Origin: an uncultured Bacilli bacterium
GTDB lineage: Bacteria; Bacillota_I; Bacilli_A; RF39; UBA660
Direction of reading: 5' to 3'
DNA length: 64,000 bases
NCBI GenBank assembly: GCA_944372425.1
Contig: CALVZC010000002.1
Coordinates: forward strand, 7,139-71,138
Part shown: positions 1 to 9,247 of the stretch, piece after piece
Layout of the letters: every line of letters begins with the position of its first letter
Numbering within the stretch: position 1 is the first letter of the stretch
Translations under genes and position numbers: made by a program
Notes under the pieces: generated by a model
Told to the model about the DNA's origin: nothing
Seen by the model: only the letters and a program-made list of their open reading frames with translations
The model's database searches: none

Positions 1-1
1 A

Positions 2-703
2 AATGATAAGGGTGGAGGTTGTTGGGAGAATTTAAAAGAAACTCCAAATAGTTGGAAAGTTAAATATAAAGATTTAATATTCAATATTAAACAGATGGGA
101 TTTAAGCATACTGGATTATTTCCAGAACAAGCTATAAATTGGGATTTTATGATGAATAAAATAGAAAAGGCTAATAGAAAAATTAAAGTATTAAATTTAT
201 TTGCATATACAGGTGGTGCAACTGTCGCATGTTTAAAGAAAAAAGCTAGCGTAGTTCATGTTGATTCATCACGTGGAATGGTCGATTGGGCTAAAGAAAA
301 TGTAAAACTAAATGGTTTAGAAGATGAAGATATAAGATATATTGTTGACGATGTTGTAAAATTTGTTCAAAGGGAGATAAGAAGGGGACATAAATACGAT
401 GCTATTATAATGGATCCACCTAGTTATGGTCGTGGTTCTAATAAAGAAGTTTGGAATATTGAAAAAGATCTATTTAATTTGGTAGAGTTATGCACAGATT
501 TGTTAAGTGATAATCCATTGTTTTTTATAATTAATTCTTATACTACTGGATTATCAAAAGAAGTATTTACTAATATTTTAAAGTTAACAGTTGGATTAAA
601 ATATAATGGGAGAATTTATTCTGAGGAGATAGGATTACCAATAAAAAATAAAAATATAGTACTTCCATGTGGAATATGTTCAAGGTTTGAGTCATATGAA
701 TAA
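2..703 (+). CDS. Class I SAM-dependent rRNA methyltransferase, RlmI/YwbD-like. The 5' end lies outside the window.
   Basis: The frame is open from position 2 with no stop before 703. Motifs FKHTGLFPEQ and DAIIMDPPSYG (DPP SAM-methyltransferase motif) are present, and the track ORF 95..703 is the C-terminal part. Confidence 0.75.
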   Translation, partial: NDKGGGCWENLKETPNSWKVKYKDLIFNIKQMGFKHTGLFPEQAINWDFMMNKIEKANRKIKVLNLFAYTGGATVACLKKKASVVHVDSSRGMVDWAKENVKLNGLEDEDIRYIVDDVVKFVQREIRRGHKYDAIIMDPPSYGRGSNKEVWNIEKDLFNLVELCTDLLSDNPLFFIINSYTTGLSKEVFTNILKLTVGLKYNGRIYSEEIGLPIKNKNIVLPCGICSRFESYE

Positions 704-1370
704 TTTAGAAGTTATATATGAAGATAATCATATTATTGTAGTTGTTAAGCCACCTAATGTATTAAGTCAAAAAGATAGTACCAATGATATTGATATGTTA
801 ACATTAGTAAAAAATTATATAAAAGTTAAATATAATAAACCTGGAAATGTTTATGTTGGATTAGTGCAAAGATTAGATAGACCAGTAGGTGGACTTATGG
901 TGTTTGCAAAGACTTCTAAGGCGGCATCAAGAATGTCAAATATGATAAAAAATCATCAGTTTACAAAGAAATATTTAGCAGTCATAAATGGAATGCTTGA
1001 AAGAAAAAATGGTGAATTTGAAGATTATCTTTTAAAAAAAGAAAATGGTACGACAATTGTGTCAAGTAATGGCAAATATTGTTGCCTTAAATATAAAGTA
1101 CTTGAAGAAAATTTGAATATGAATTTATCATTAATAGAAGTAGACTTAATTACTGGTCGTCATCATCAAATTAGAGTGCAATTCGCATCTAGAAATCATC
1201 CTTTGTATGGTGATTATCGATATGGAAATAGTAGTAACAAACAGATTGCTTTATGGGCTTACAAATTGTCATTAATACATCCAGTTTTAAAAAAAGAAAT
1301 GATTTTTGAAAAATATCCTAATATAAAAGATTCTGCTTGGAAATATTTTAATGAATATTTTGTAAAATAA
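696..1370 (+). CDS. RluA-family pseudouridine synthase
   Basis: GRHHQIRVQFA (RluA HQIR motif), and VVKPPNVLS.. and LVQRLDRPVGGLMVFAKT (conserved catalytic Asp region). The track start 669 is a GTG that overlaps the upstream gene, so ATG 696 is preferred. Confidence 0.85.
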   Translation: MNNLEVIYEDNHIIVVVKPPNVLSQKDSTNDIDMLTLVKNYIKVKYNKPGNVYVGLVQRLDRPVGGLMVFAKTSKAASRMSNMIKNHQFTKKYLAVINGMLERKNGEFEDYLLKKENGTTIVSSNGKYCCLKYKVLEENLNMNLSLIEVDLITGRHHQIRVQFASRNHPLYGDYRYGNSSNKQIALWAYKLSLIHPVLKKEMIFEKYPNIKDSAWKYFNEYFVK

Positions 1371-1436
1371 ATCTTGCATTTATATTTGAATTTTGTTATT
1401 ATTTTATTAGAATAGATTAGGGAAGAAGGATATGAG

Positions 1437-2390
1437 ATGAATATTTTTGAATTATTAAGTTTTGATATTGTTGAATTTGTTACTTCAGTAGAGGGAATTT
1501 TGATTATTGTAGGCATTTTATTTTTAATAATTGGAATTGTGTTACTTTGCATGGGGAAAGGTAAAAAGAAAGAAGCTGTTTCTGAAACAACTGACATTAA
1601 CACATCAGTAGCGATAGAAAATATACCAAAAACACCAGTTGTTAATGATTCGCCTGTGATTACTCAGGAAACTCCAAAAGTTGAAATCCCAGTTGTAAGT
1701 GAACCAGAATTGGTTCAATCTGCTCCTACGGTTTTAAATAATACTAGTGAAGCTACCCCAATAGTTGTTCCTTCAACAACTGATGGTTTACAAGAAAGTG
1801 CAACAGCACCAGTAGTTGAACCTATTAATTTTACTGAAGAGACTAAAAATGATAATGTTGAACCCGAATCACTTGGAATAGATAATATAGTTGATAGTAA
1901 TAAAGCGGAGGAATTAAATGTTAGTTCTTTACAAACAGAAAAAGTTGATGCAGCCGTCGATAGTAATTTGAATGATGTTTCTGTTGTGAAAGGTGAACCA
2001 ACAGTTACTGTTTATGGTGGTACTAATCCAGAAACTGTAATAAAAAAAGAAAATTTAGAAGAAAAGCCAAGAGAAATATATGGTGGAGCCAATCCACTGG
2101 AAAATACAGCGCCAATTCCAACTAATACAGTTCGTGAAGCATATTCAGGTGGTATTGTTACTCCAACAACTTTAGTATCTGAACCAAAAGTAGAATCAGT
2201 ACCAGTAGTTGAAACTAATACAGAACCAGTATTAAATGAGCCAGTTATTACAAAAACTGCAGAAACTGTTACTACGCCAGATGTTTCACAATCTCAAAAT
2301 GAAGTATCAGCACCAATAGTATCAGAAACAGAAAATAAACCTGAAAATAAGATTAATGAAAAAGAAGAAATAGAAAAATTAGAATTTTAA
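1437..2390 (+). CDS. Membrane-anchored Thr/Pro/Val/Glu-rich surface protein of unknown function
   Basis: There is an N-terminal TM helix (ILIIVGILFLIIGIVLLC) followed by a low-complexity region with three Y(G/S)GG..P repeats. No recognisable catalytic domain. Confidence 0.5.
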   Translation: MNIFELLSFDIVEFVTSVEGILIIVGILFLIIGIVLLCMGKGKKKEAVSETTDINTSVAIENIPKTPVVNDSPVITQETPKVEIPVVSEPELVQSAPTVLNNTSEATPIVVPSTTDGLQESATAPVVEPINFTEETKNDNVEPESLGIDNIVDSNKAEELNVSSLQTEKVDAAVDSNLNDVSVVKGEPTVTVYGGTNPETVIKKENLEEKPREIYGGANPLENTAPIPTNTVREAYSGGIVTPTTLVSEPKVESVPVVETNTEPVLNEPVITKTAETVTTPDVSQSQNEVSAPIVSETENKPENKINEKEEIEKLEF

Positions 2391-2420
2391 ATACCATAAA
2401 AATTTATGGTATTTTTTTTC
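2391..2420 (+). terminator. Rho-independent terminator
   Basis: Hairpin ataccataaa/tttatggtat followed by a T8 run directly after the stop codon. Confidence 0.6.
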
Positions 2421-2470
2421 ATAAAAAATTATTTAAGACATAATATTATTGTAGAAAGGAAGATATAATA

Positions 2471-2731
2471 ATGGAAACACTTAAGGTATCAAATAAATCA
2501 AATCCAAATTCTGTTGCAGGCGCTCTAGCAAATATATTTAAAGAAAAAAATAAAGTTGAGGTGCAATCTATAGGCGCAGGTGCTTTAAATCAGGCTATAA
2601 AAGCAATAATAATTTGTAGAGGATTTTTAGCACCTGCTGGTAAAAATTTAGTCTGTGTACCGTCGTTTACAGATATAATGATAGGTGAAGAAGAAAGAAC
2701 TGCTATAAAATTACTAGTTGAAATTGTGTAA
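2471..2731 (+). CDS. spoVS: Stage V sporulation protein S homolog
   Basis: The 86-aa product closely matches SpoVS: LKVSxKSNPNSVAGALA...IGAGALNQA.KA..IARGF.AP.G..L.C.P.FTDI.I..EERTAIKL.VE. Confidence 0.85.
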   Translation: METLKVSNKSNPNSVAGALANIFKEKNKVEVQSIGAGALNQAIKAIIICRGFLAPAGKNLVCVPSFTDIMIGEEERTAIKLLVEIV

Positions 2732-2875
2732 TAATTTTATAATTTAATCTAATAATATAGAGTATAATTCTATATTGTTTTTTTTTTATGAAATAAAATA
2801 ATTATAAATATAGTAAAACAAAAATAATAAGTTTGCATAAAATTAGAAATTTATTTAAAATTTTAAATTGTAAAC

Positions 2876-2904
2876 TTGAAAAGTTCAATAAAAATGTTTA
2901 TACT
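2876..2904 (+). promoter_or_regulatory. Sigma-A-type promoter TTGAAA-N17-TATACT
   Basis: Read directly from the sequence upstream of pilin gene 1. A TG lies 2 nt upstream of the -10 hexamer (extended -10-like). Confidence 0.5.
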
Positions 2905-2928
2905 TTATTTAAGGTAGGTGAATTTGTT

Positions 2929-3498
2929 ATGAAATCTAGCAAGGCTTTTACTTTGATTGAACTTTTGGCTGTTGTTGTAATTCTAGGTGTTATTATGACA
3001 ATAGCAATTCCGAATATTGTGTCAACTATAGATAAGAACAAAAAAGAAACTTTTCTTGAAGATGCAAAGCAAATGATTAGTTCGGCTGAATATAAAATAA
3101 GAAGTGATACTTCTATTAATTATCCAGATCAATATAGCGTAGTTATATTAAAATTAGAGAATCTAGAAAGTGCAAATTTAGAAATGTCTCCATATGATAC
3201 TTATTATTCAAAAGAAAAATCTTTTGTTGCAATAACTAAAGAACAAATAACTGGAACTACAGACTATGAATACGTTTTTTATGCACATTTGGTTTCTTGT
3301 ACTGATGAAAAGTGTGAAAACTTAGAAATCGATTCGGCAGCTTATAATAGAGGAATTAATTTAAGTAGATTAACTGATTTAAACACTTCTGATAGATTTG
3401 ATTTAGTATTAAAAGGTGCCGATGTAGAAAGAGATTTGATTGAAAATGTTGACAATATTAAAACAATGCTTGACAGAGACATTGTAAATATATATTAA
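2929..3498 (+). CDS. Type IV prepilin-like protein (ComGC/pseudopilin-like), paralog 1
   Basis: MKSSKAFTLIELLAVVVILGVIMTIAIP is a class III signal peptide / N-methylation motif (xFTLIE). An RBS AAGGTAGGTG lies 8 nt upstream of ATG 2929. The track start 2833 is in-frame upstream read-through. Confidence 0.8.
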   Translation: MKSSKAFTLIELLAVVVILGVIMTIAIPNIVSTIDKNKKETFLEDAKQMISSAEYKIRSDTSINYPDQYSVVILKLENLESANLEMSPYDTYYSKEKSFVAITKEQITGTTDYEYVFYAHLVSCTDEKCENLEIDSAAYNRGINLSRLTDLNTSDRFDLVLKGADVERDLIENVDNIKTMLDRDIVNIY

Positions 3499-3586
3499 TG
3501 TATGAAATATAAGCCATTAATTTGTTGACAAAAAAAAAATAATATAATAAAATTAATTTATAAGATAAGAGAGGAAGGATTTTTAA

Positions 3587-4249
3587 ATGAAAAAAATAAA
3601 TAAAAAAGGTTTTACGTTAATTGAATTACTTGCAGTTATCATTATACTAGGTGTTTTAATGATTATTGCTATTCCTAGTGTTACTGAGTATATTTCAAAT
3701 TCTAGGAAAAGTGCTTTTGCAGATAGTGCTGTAGGTTATATTGATAGTACTAGAAATATGGTTAACCAAGCACAAAAAGTTTCATTTTTCGATGTTAACA
3801 CATTATATTTAGTACCTGTTGGACATGATGAAACATTATCTTGTGTATCACTTGAAAAAGGTGGGGTATCTCCATATTCTGATACATGGGATTATGCTTA
3901 TGTAGGTGTTACTTATAGTGGTACAAGTTACAATTATTATTTTATAGCTAAAGATGGTTCAAATCAAGGAATCAATTTTGTAAGCCAAGATGAACTTGCT
4001 GATAAAACTGGTGATCTTGTAGTTTCTGGATCTAATGAATTAAGAAATTACGATGCATTAAAGACTCAATATGCACAAAAAACTACAGATAAAATTTATT
4101 TAATGCAAGCACCAGATGAAGGTGAGGGAGAAGTTTGGACTGAACCTGCAACACCTGATTCAGTTAAGAGTATTGCTGAAGTAATTAGCGATGCTGAAGG
4201 TAAAACTATCACACAAATCGAAATTGTTGCAGTTGATAATTGTAAATAA
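3587..4249 (+). CDS. Type IV prepilin-like protein (ComGC-like major pilin), paralog 2
   Basis: MKKINKKGFTLIELLAVIIILGVLMIIAIP is a canonical prepilin leader with KGFTLIE cleavage/methylation site and an RBS GAGGAAGG. It shares the EKGGxSPxxxxxxYxYVxVTYxGxxYxYY block with paralog 1 and the pilin-LRR protein. Confidence 0.85.
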   Translation: MKKINKKGFTLIELLAVIIILGVLMIIAIPSVTEYISNSRKSAFADSAVGYIDSTRNMVNQAQKVSFFDVNTLYLVPVGHDETLSCVSLEKGGVSPYSDTWDYAYVGVTYSGTSYNYYFIAKDGSNQGINFVSQDELADKTGDLVVSGSNELRNYDALKTQYAQKTTDKIYLMQAPDEGEGEVWTEPATPDSVKSIAEVISDAEGKTITQIEIVAVDNCK

Positions 4250-4283
4250 ATAATTTAAAAATAATGTAAATTCAATTAAGGTA

Positions 4284-4311
4284 AGGATGATCAATTCATC
4301 CTTTTTGTTTT
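4284..4311 (+). terminator. Rho-independent terminator
   Basis: aggatga-tcaat-tcatcct hairpin followed by ttttgtttt. Confidence 0.6.
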
Positions 4312-4357
4312 GTTGCTTTTTTTTAATATTTATAATAAAATTTTTATAGGTGATTTT

Positions 4358-5230
4358 ATGTTAATATTAGGTAGTCATGTTAGTTTTAATTCTAAAGAAC
4401 AATTATTAGGAAGTGTTAGAGAAGCTATTAGTTATGGAAGTAATACTTTTATGTTTTATACTGGTGCTCCCCAGAATACTTTTAGAAGTAAAATATCTTT
4501 TGAAAAAACAAGTGAAGCAGTAAAGTTAATGGTTGATAACAATATAGAAGTAAAGAATATAGTAGCTCATTCTCCATATATAATTAATTTAGCTAACGAT
4601 AAAGATGAAGAAAAATATAATTTTTCAATAAATTTTTTGATTGAAGAAGTTAAACGCTGCTCTGAAATGAAAATTAAATATTTAGTTCTTCATCCGGGCA
4701 GTCATGTCGGTTTAGGTATCGATAAAGGTATTAATAATATTATTAAAGCTTTAAACATAGTTAATAAGCAAAATGATAGTGTAGTAATATTACTTGAGAC
4801 AATGGCAGGAAAAGGGACTGAGATAGGATCTAATTTTTTTGAATTAAAAAAAATAATTGATGGTGTAGAAGATAAAAGTAAAATAGGTATCTGTCTAGAT
4901 ACTTGTCATTTAAATGATAGTGGTTATGATATTGAAAATTTTGATTCGCTTTTAGATGAATTCAATCAAATAATAGGAATAGATTATATTCGTTGTGTTC
5001 ATATTAATGATAGTAAAAATATTAGCGGTTCTAAAAAAGATAGACATGAAAATTTTGGTTATGGAACTATTGGATTTGATACTTTAATAAATATTGTTTA
5101 TAATAAAAGACTTGAAAATATTCCTAAAATACTTGAAACACCTTGGATAGGAGAGAAAGCACCTTATAAAGAAGAAATTGAAATGATAAAAAATAAAAAA
5201 TTTAATGAAAAATTAAAAGAAATAGTGTAA
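4358..5230 (+). CDS. nfo: Endonuclease IV (AP endonuclease, Nfo)
   Basis: TIM-barrel Nfo motifs: VLHPGSH, LLETMAGKGTEIG and ICLDTCH. RBS TAGGTGA precedes ATG 4358. Confidence 0.9.
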   Translation: MLILGSHVSFNSKEQLLGSVREAISYGSNTFMFYTGAPQNTFRSKISFEKTSEAVKLMVDNNIEVKNIVAHSPYIINLANDKDEEKYNFSINFLIEEVKRCSEMKIKYLVLHPGSHVGLGIDKGINNIIKALNIVNKQNDSVVILLETMAGKGTEIGSNFFELKKIIDGVEDKSKIGICLDTCHLNDSGYDIENFDSLLDEFNQIIGIDYIRCVHINDSKNISGSKKDRHENFGYGTIGFDTLINIVYNKRLENIPKILETPWIGEKAPYKEEIEMIKNKKFNEKLKEIV

Positions 5231-5232
5231 TT

Positions 5233-5478
5233 CTATTTCTTTTTGTATTTATTTAATAATTCAACAATTTTAGCATATGTATTTGGTTTAAGTTTTTCTT
5301 TTAATTCTTTAAGTAAATAACTCGCATCTTCTTTATAAAAAATTTGCCAATAATTTTTTATATACATGTATATAGTTTTTAATTCTTCGTTTTCTAACAT
5401 TATACCTTCTTTTAAGGCAAAATTGTTTATGTCATTTTCTGTTAGATTACTTACAAATTCTTTAATAATAAATTCCAC
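5233..5478 (-). CDS. Small hypothetical protein (81 aa)
   Basis: GTG start with RBS AGGTGA. Lys/Glu-rich and helical, with no recognisable motif. Convergent with nfo. Confidence 0.5.
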   Translation of the reverse strand: MEFIIKEFVSNLTENDINNFALKEGIMLENEELKTIYMYIKNYWQIFYKEDASYLLKELKEKLKPNTYAKIVELLNKYKKK

Positions 5479-5543
5479 AATATCACCTATTAAAATATAT
5501 TAAATAACTTTTTAAATATTACACAAAATATTAGTGTGATGTT

Positions 5544-7571
5544 ATGAAAAAAATAAAAAATAAGAACAATTTAAAAAATAATATTAATAAAAGATTAAAT
5601 ATATTGAAAGTTATTATATATTTATCTTTTATAATAATATTATTACAAATATTTAATATTTCGATACTAAAAAATACCTATTATAATAAATTATTAATTG
5701 AAAAGACAAATAATACTTATTCCTTTGCAACAGTTCCTCGTGGGAAAATATATGATAGAAATTATAATGTTATTGTAGATAATATAAGCATACCTGTACT
5801 TTATTATTTAAAACCTAATAAAGTAGATTCTATAAGTGAAATTAAATATGCTAATTTTCTTAGTGAAATTATTGATTTAGATTATTCAAAACTTACTGAA
5901 AGAATGTTAAAAGATTATTGGTTAATAGAAAATGCTAGTGTTTCTAAAGAATTGATAAGTGAAGAAGAATGGCAGAAATATGAAAATAGAAAACTTGACG
6001 ATGAAGATATTTATTATTTAAAATTGAGTAGAATAAATGAGGAAGAATTAAATAAATATGATGATATTAAAAGAAAAGCTGCATATATATATTATTTAAT
6101 GAATAATGGTTATTCATATGAAGAAAAAATAATAAAAAAGGAAAATTTGACTGATTTAGAACTTGCAAATATTTCTGATAATTTAGAAAAGATTCCAGGT
6201 TTTTATATAAAGTATGATTGGGAAAGAGTGTATCCATATGGAGATACATTTAGATCTATTTTAGGAAATATATCAAAGATATCTAAAGAAGAAAAAGATT
6301 ATTATTTATCTAAAGGTTATTCTTTAAATGATATAGTAGGCGTAAGTTATCTTGAAAAACAGTATGATGATATATTAAGAGGGGAAAAAGGTACTTATAC
6401 TATTGATAATAATGAAATTGTTACGATTAGCCAAGGAAAAAGAGGTAATGATATTGTTTTAACTATCGATATAGAATTACAACAAGAAATTGAAAAAATA
6501 CTAGAAGAAGAAATTATTAAAATAAAAAAAGATCCTGGAACTGATTTGTTTAATCATATATATGTTGTGATTAATGATCCTAATACAGGTGAGATTTTAG
6601 CAATGGCCGGTAAGCAAGTAATTAAAAAGAATGGAGAATATTATACTTATGATGTTACTACTGGTGTAATTACTAATTCAGTAACTCCTGGAAGTGTAGT
6701 TAAAGGTGCTTCGATGTTAGTTGGTTATAATGAAAATGCTATAGAAATAGGGGAATATCAGGTTGATGAATGTATTAAGTTATATTCTAAACCAGAAAAA
6801 TGTTCATGGACAACATTGGGAAGAATAAATGATATAACAGCATTGAGTCAATCTTCAAATGTATATCAGTTTAAAACAGCAATGAAGGTTGCAGGCTATG
6901 AATATACTTATAATGGAAAGTTTACCGATACTGAAGAAGCGTTTAAAAAGTATCGCAAAACTTTTAATGAGTTTGGTTTAGGTGTAAAGACAGAAATAGA
7001 TTTACCTATTGATGGAATTGGTAATGTTGGAAAAAGTAGTGAGCCAGATTTGCTTTTAAATTACGTAATTGGACAATATGATACTTATACTACTATGCAA
7101 TTATCAGAGTATATTTCTACAATAGCAAATGGTGGTATAAGATATAAACCTCATTTATTAAAGGAAGTTTATGAAAGTAATAATGGTAGTAATTTAGGAA
7201 CACTTTTGTATAAACAAGATAGTATAATTCTTAATAAAGTTACTACTAAAAAAGAATATATTGAAAGAGTACAATTAGGTTTTAGAGAAGTTATGACTAC
7301 TGGTCTTGGAAAAAATTATATGAAAGGTGTACCATCTCCTGCTGGTAAAACAGGCACTTCAGAATCATTTATCGATACAAACGACGATGGAATAATAGAT
7401 ACACCTACCATTACTAATTCTTTTGTAGGATATTATCCTTTTGAAAATCCTAAAATGTCTATGGCAGTAACATTTCCTAATATAGTAAGTTCTGATAGTG
7501 ATAATAGAAGTTATGGTAATATTAGAGTTACTAGATTAATTGCTAATAAATTCTTTGAATTATATGGATAA
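5544..7571 (+). CDS. Penicillin-binding protein 2-type transpeptidase
   Basis: N-terminal TM anchor. Transpeptidase motifs SVVK-like, SSN (SQSSNVYQ) and KTGT (AGKTGTSESF). Confidence 0.9.
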   Translation: MKKIKNKNNLKNNINKRLNILKVIIYLSFIIILLQIFNISILKNTYYNKLLIEKTNNTYSFATVPRGKIYDRNYNVIVDNISIPVLYYLKPNKVDSISEIKYANFLSEIIDLDYSKLTERMLKDYWLIENASVSKELISEEEWQKYENRKLDDEDIYYLKLSRINEEELNKYDDIKRKAAYIYYLMNNGYSYEEKIIKKENLTDLELANISDNLEKIPGFYIKYDWERVYPYGDTFRSILGNISKISKEEKDYYLSKGYSLNDIVGVSYLEKQYDDILRGEKGTYTIDNNEIVTISQGKRGNDIVLTIDIELQQEIEKILEEEIIKIKKDPGTDLFNHIYVVINDPNTGEILAMAGKQVIKKNGEYYTYDVTTGVITNSVTPGSVVKGASMLVGYNENAIEIGEYQVDECIKLYSKPEKCSWTTLGRINDITALSQSSNVYQFKTAMKVAGYEYTYNGKFTDTEEAFKKYRKTFNEFGLGVKTEIDLPIDGIGNVGKSSEPDLLLNYVIGQYDTYTTMQLSEYISTIANGGIRYKPHLLKEVYESNNGSNLGTLLYKQDSIILNKVTTKKEYIERVQLGFREVMTTGLGKNYMKGVPSPAGKTGTSESFIDTNDDGIIDTPTITNSFVGYYPFENPKMSMAVTFPNIVSSDSDNRSYGNIRVTRLIANKFFELYG

Positions 7572-7625
7572 TTGTGTTATAATAACTCATGTTGCAACTT
7601 TTTATATATCTTTAATAAAAAAAAT

Positions 7626-7653
7626 TTGCAAAATATTATTTTTTTGATATAAT
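7626..7653 (+). promoter_or_regulatory. Promoter TTGCAA-N16-TGaTATAAT (extended -10)
   Basis: Read directly upstream of rpmG. Confidence 0.5.
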
Positions 7654-7679
7654 ACCAATAGGAACCAAGGAGGGATAAA

Positions 7680-7844
7680 ATGGCTAAAGTAGGTAATAGG
7701 CAAGATAAGATTCTTGTATGTCAAAATTGCAAAGAAGAAAATTATGTTACTTCTAAGAATGTAAAAAATACAACTGATCGTCTAGAATTAAATAAATATT
7801 GTAATAGATGCAAGCAACATACTGTTCACAAAGAAAAGAAGTAA
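7680..7844 (+). CDS. rpmG: 50S ribosomal protein L33
   Basis: 54-aa ORF not in the supplied track: [22 protein letters not shown]...[14 protein letters not shown] (L33 zinc-ribbon Cys pairs). RBS AAGGAGGG. Confidence 0.85.
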   Translation: MAKVGNRQDKILVCQNCKEENYVTSKNVKNTTDRLELNKYCNRCKQHTVHKEKK

Positions 7845-7865
7845 TTAGATTGTAGGTGAAATCGT

Positions 7866-8423
7866 ATGATAAATGTAAATGATATTAAGAATGGATTAAC
7901 AATTAAAATAGACAATAATTTATATCAAGTAGTAGAATTTCAACATGTAAAACCTGGAAAAGGATCTGCTTTTGTTAGAACTAAATTAAAAAATTTAAGA
8001 ACAGGAACAACCGTTGAAACAACTTATAATACTAATGTTAAATTAGAAACAGCTCGTATAGAAAAGCAAAATATGCAATTTTTATATTCACAAGGTGATA
8101 CTTATTATTTTATGAATATGGTTACTTATGATCAAGTAGAATTGAAAAAATCACAGTTAGGCGATGATTATAAATTCTTAAAGGAAAATTTAGAGGTTAT
8201 AATTTCTTTTTATGAAGGTGAAGTATTGGGAATGATTTTACCTGACAAAATAGAATATGCAATTACTAAATCAGAACCTGGAGTTAAAGGTAATACTACT
8301 TCAACAGCAATGAAAGATGCAGAACTTGAAAATGGAATGGTAGTAAAAGTTCCTATGTTTATAGATGAGGGTGAAAAAATCTTAGTTTCTACTGCTGATG
8401 GAAAGTATGTGTCAAGAGCATAG
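7866..8423 (+). CDS. efp: Elongation factor P
   Basis: VKPGKGSAFVRTKLKNL..G, the typical EF-P KOW/OB signature. 185 aa. Confidence 0.95.
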   Translation: MINVNDIKNGLTIKIDNNLYQVVEFQHVKPGKGSAFVRTKLKNLRTGTTVETTYNTNVKLETARIEKQNMQFLYSQGDTYYFMNMVTYDQVELKKSQLGDDYKFLKENLEVIISFYEGEVLGMILPDKIEYAITKSEPGVKGNTTSTAMKDAELENGMVVKVPMFIDEGEKILVSTADGKYVSRA

Positions 8424-8441
8424 TATATATGCTTTTTTTTA
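8417..8441 (+). terminator. Rho-independent terminator
   Basis: agcata-gtata-tatgct hairpin followed by T8. It overlaps the efp stop. Confidence 0.6.
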
Positions 8442-8498
8442 TATTAAAATAATTAAACAAGTATTTTAAAATTTGTTATAATAAATTTGGTGGTTAAA

Positions 8499-9245
8499 AT
8501 GAGAAAAGTAGTTTTTATTACTGGTGGTGCAAGTGGATTAGGAAAGCATTTGTCTTTAAGTTTTGCTAATGAAGGATATAATTTAGTAGTAACTTATAAT
8601 AATAGTAAAGATGATGCTGAAAAATTAAAAAATATAATAAATGATAAATATAAAGTAGATGTTTTAATTTTAAAATGTGATTTAGCAAATGAAGAAATGA
8701 TTTGTGAATGTGTAGATAAAGCAATAAAGTATTTTAAAAAAATAGATATTTTGGTTAATAATGCTGCAGTAGAATATAATCTTGAATTTAGTGATAAGAC
8801 TAAAGAAATGTTTATGCATACATTAGAAATTAATTTGGTGGGAACGTTTTTAATTAGTAGGAAAATAGCTGAAGAAATGTATAATAATAAATCTGGAAAA
8901 ATAATTAATATATCTTCTAATAATGCATTTGATAAATTTGATCCTACTACTTTAGAATATGATGCTTCAAAGGCTGCTCTTATTTCTATGACTCATAATT
9001 TTGCTAAGCAATACGCACCATACATTAATGTTAATGCTATTGCACCAGGATGGATTATGACAGATAAAATTTTAAAGTTAGATGAATCATTAGATAATAA
9101 GTTTATTTCTTCTGAGAGTAAAAATATTTTATTAAATAGATTTGCTACTATGGATGATATTGCAAATTTAGTGTTATTTTTAGCTAGTGATAAAAGTTCT
9201 TATATAAATAATGAGGTAATAAAAATAGATGGAGGAACTTATTAA
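8499..9245 (+). CDS. SDR-family oxidoreductase (3-oxoacyl-ACP reductase-like)
   Basis: TGGASGLG Rossmann motif, and NNAA and YxxxK (YDASKAAL) catalytic motifs. ATG 8499 after GGTGG RBS. Confidence 0.85.
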   Translation: MRKVVFITGGASGLGKHLSLSFANEGYNLVVTYNNSKDDAEKLKNIINDKYKVDVLILKCDLANEEMICECVDKAIKYFKKIDILVNNAAVEYNLEFSDKTKEMFMHTLEINLVGTFLISRKIAEEMYNNKSGKIINISSNNAFDKFDPTTLEYDASKAALISMTHNFAKQYAPYINVNAIAPGWIMTDKILKLDESLDNKFISSESKNILLNRFATMDDIANLVLFLASDKSSYINNEVIKIDGGTY

Positions 9246-9247
9246 TT

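Noticed and set aside
669-703. Track start codons at 669 (RluA), 13306 (nusA), 15196 (infB), 32187 (M16), 37450 (dnaE) and 41315 (polC)
   Set aside because: These are the longest-ORF starts, often GTG/TTG and without an RBS. Downstream ATG/GTG codons at 696, 13339, 15205, 32196, 37468 and 41324 have properly spaced Shine-Dalgarno sequences and match conserved protein N-termini.
1259-1603. Minus-strand ORFs from the track: 1259..1603, 6067..6249, 14432..14632, 14646..14828, 15114..15425, 15877..16110, 18303..18668, 19741..19971, 20436..20639, 23046..23249, 23353..23568, 25238..25465, 28327..28641, 28726..28989, 31189..31395, 34439..34627, 35366..35599, 36095..36307, 43592..43783, 45578..45811, 52927..53178 and 53268..53504. 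Plus-strand ORFs inside the P-type ATPase and other genes: 47006..47344, 47671..47868, 47855..48109, 48461..48961, 33982..34164 and 51495..51701.
   Set aside because: All lie antisense to, or out of frame within, strongly supported genes. They have low-complexity Ser/Ile/Phe-rich translations typical of shadow ORFs in AT-rich DNA, and none has an RBS.
5233-5478. Toxin-antitoxin pair involving the small convergent gene after nfo
   Set aside because: It is a single small ORF with no adjacent partner of matching size and no TA family motif. The convergent arrangement with nfo is explained by simple gene packing.
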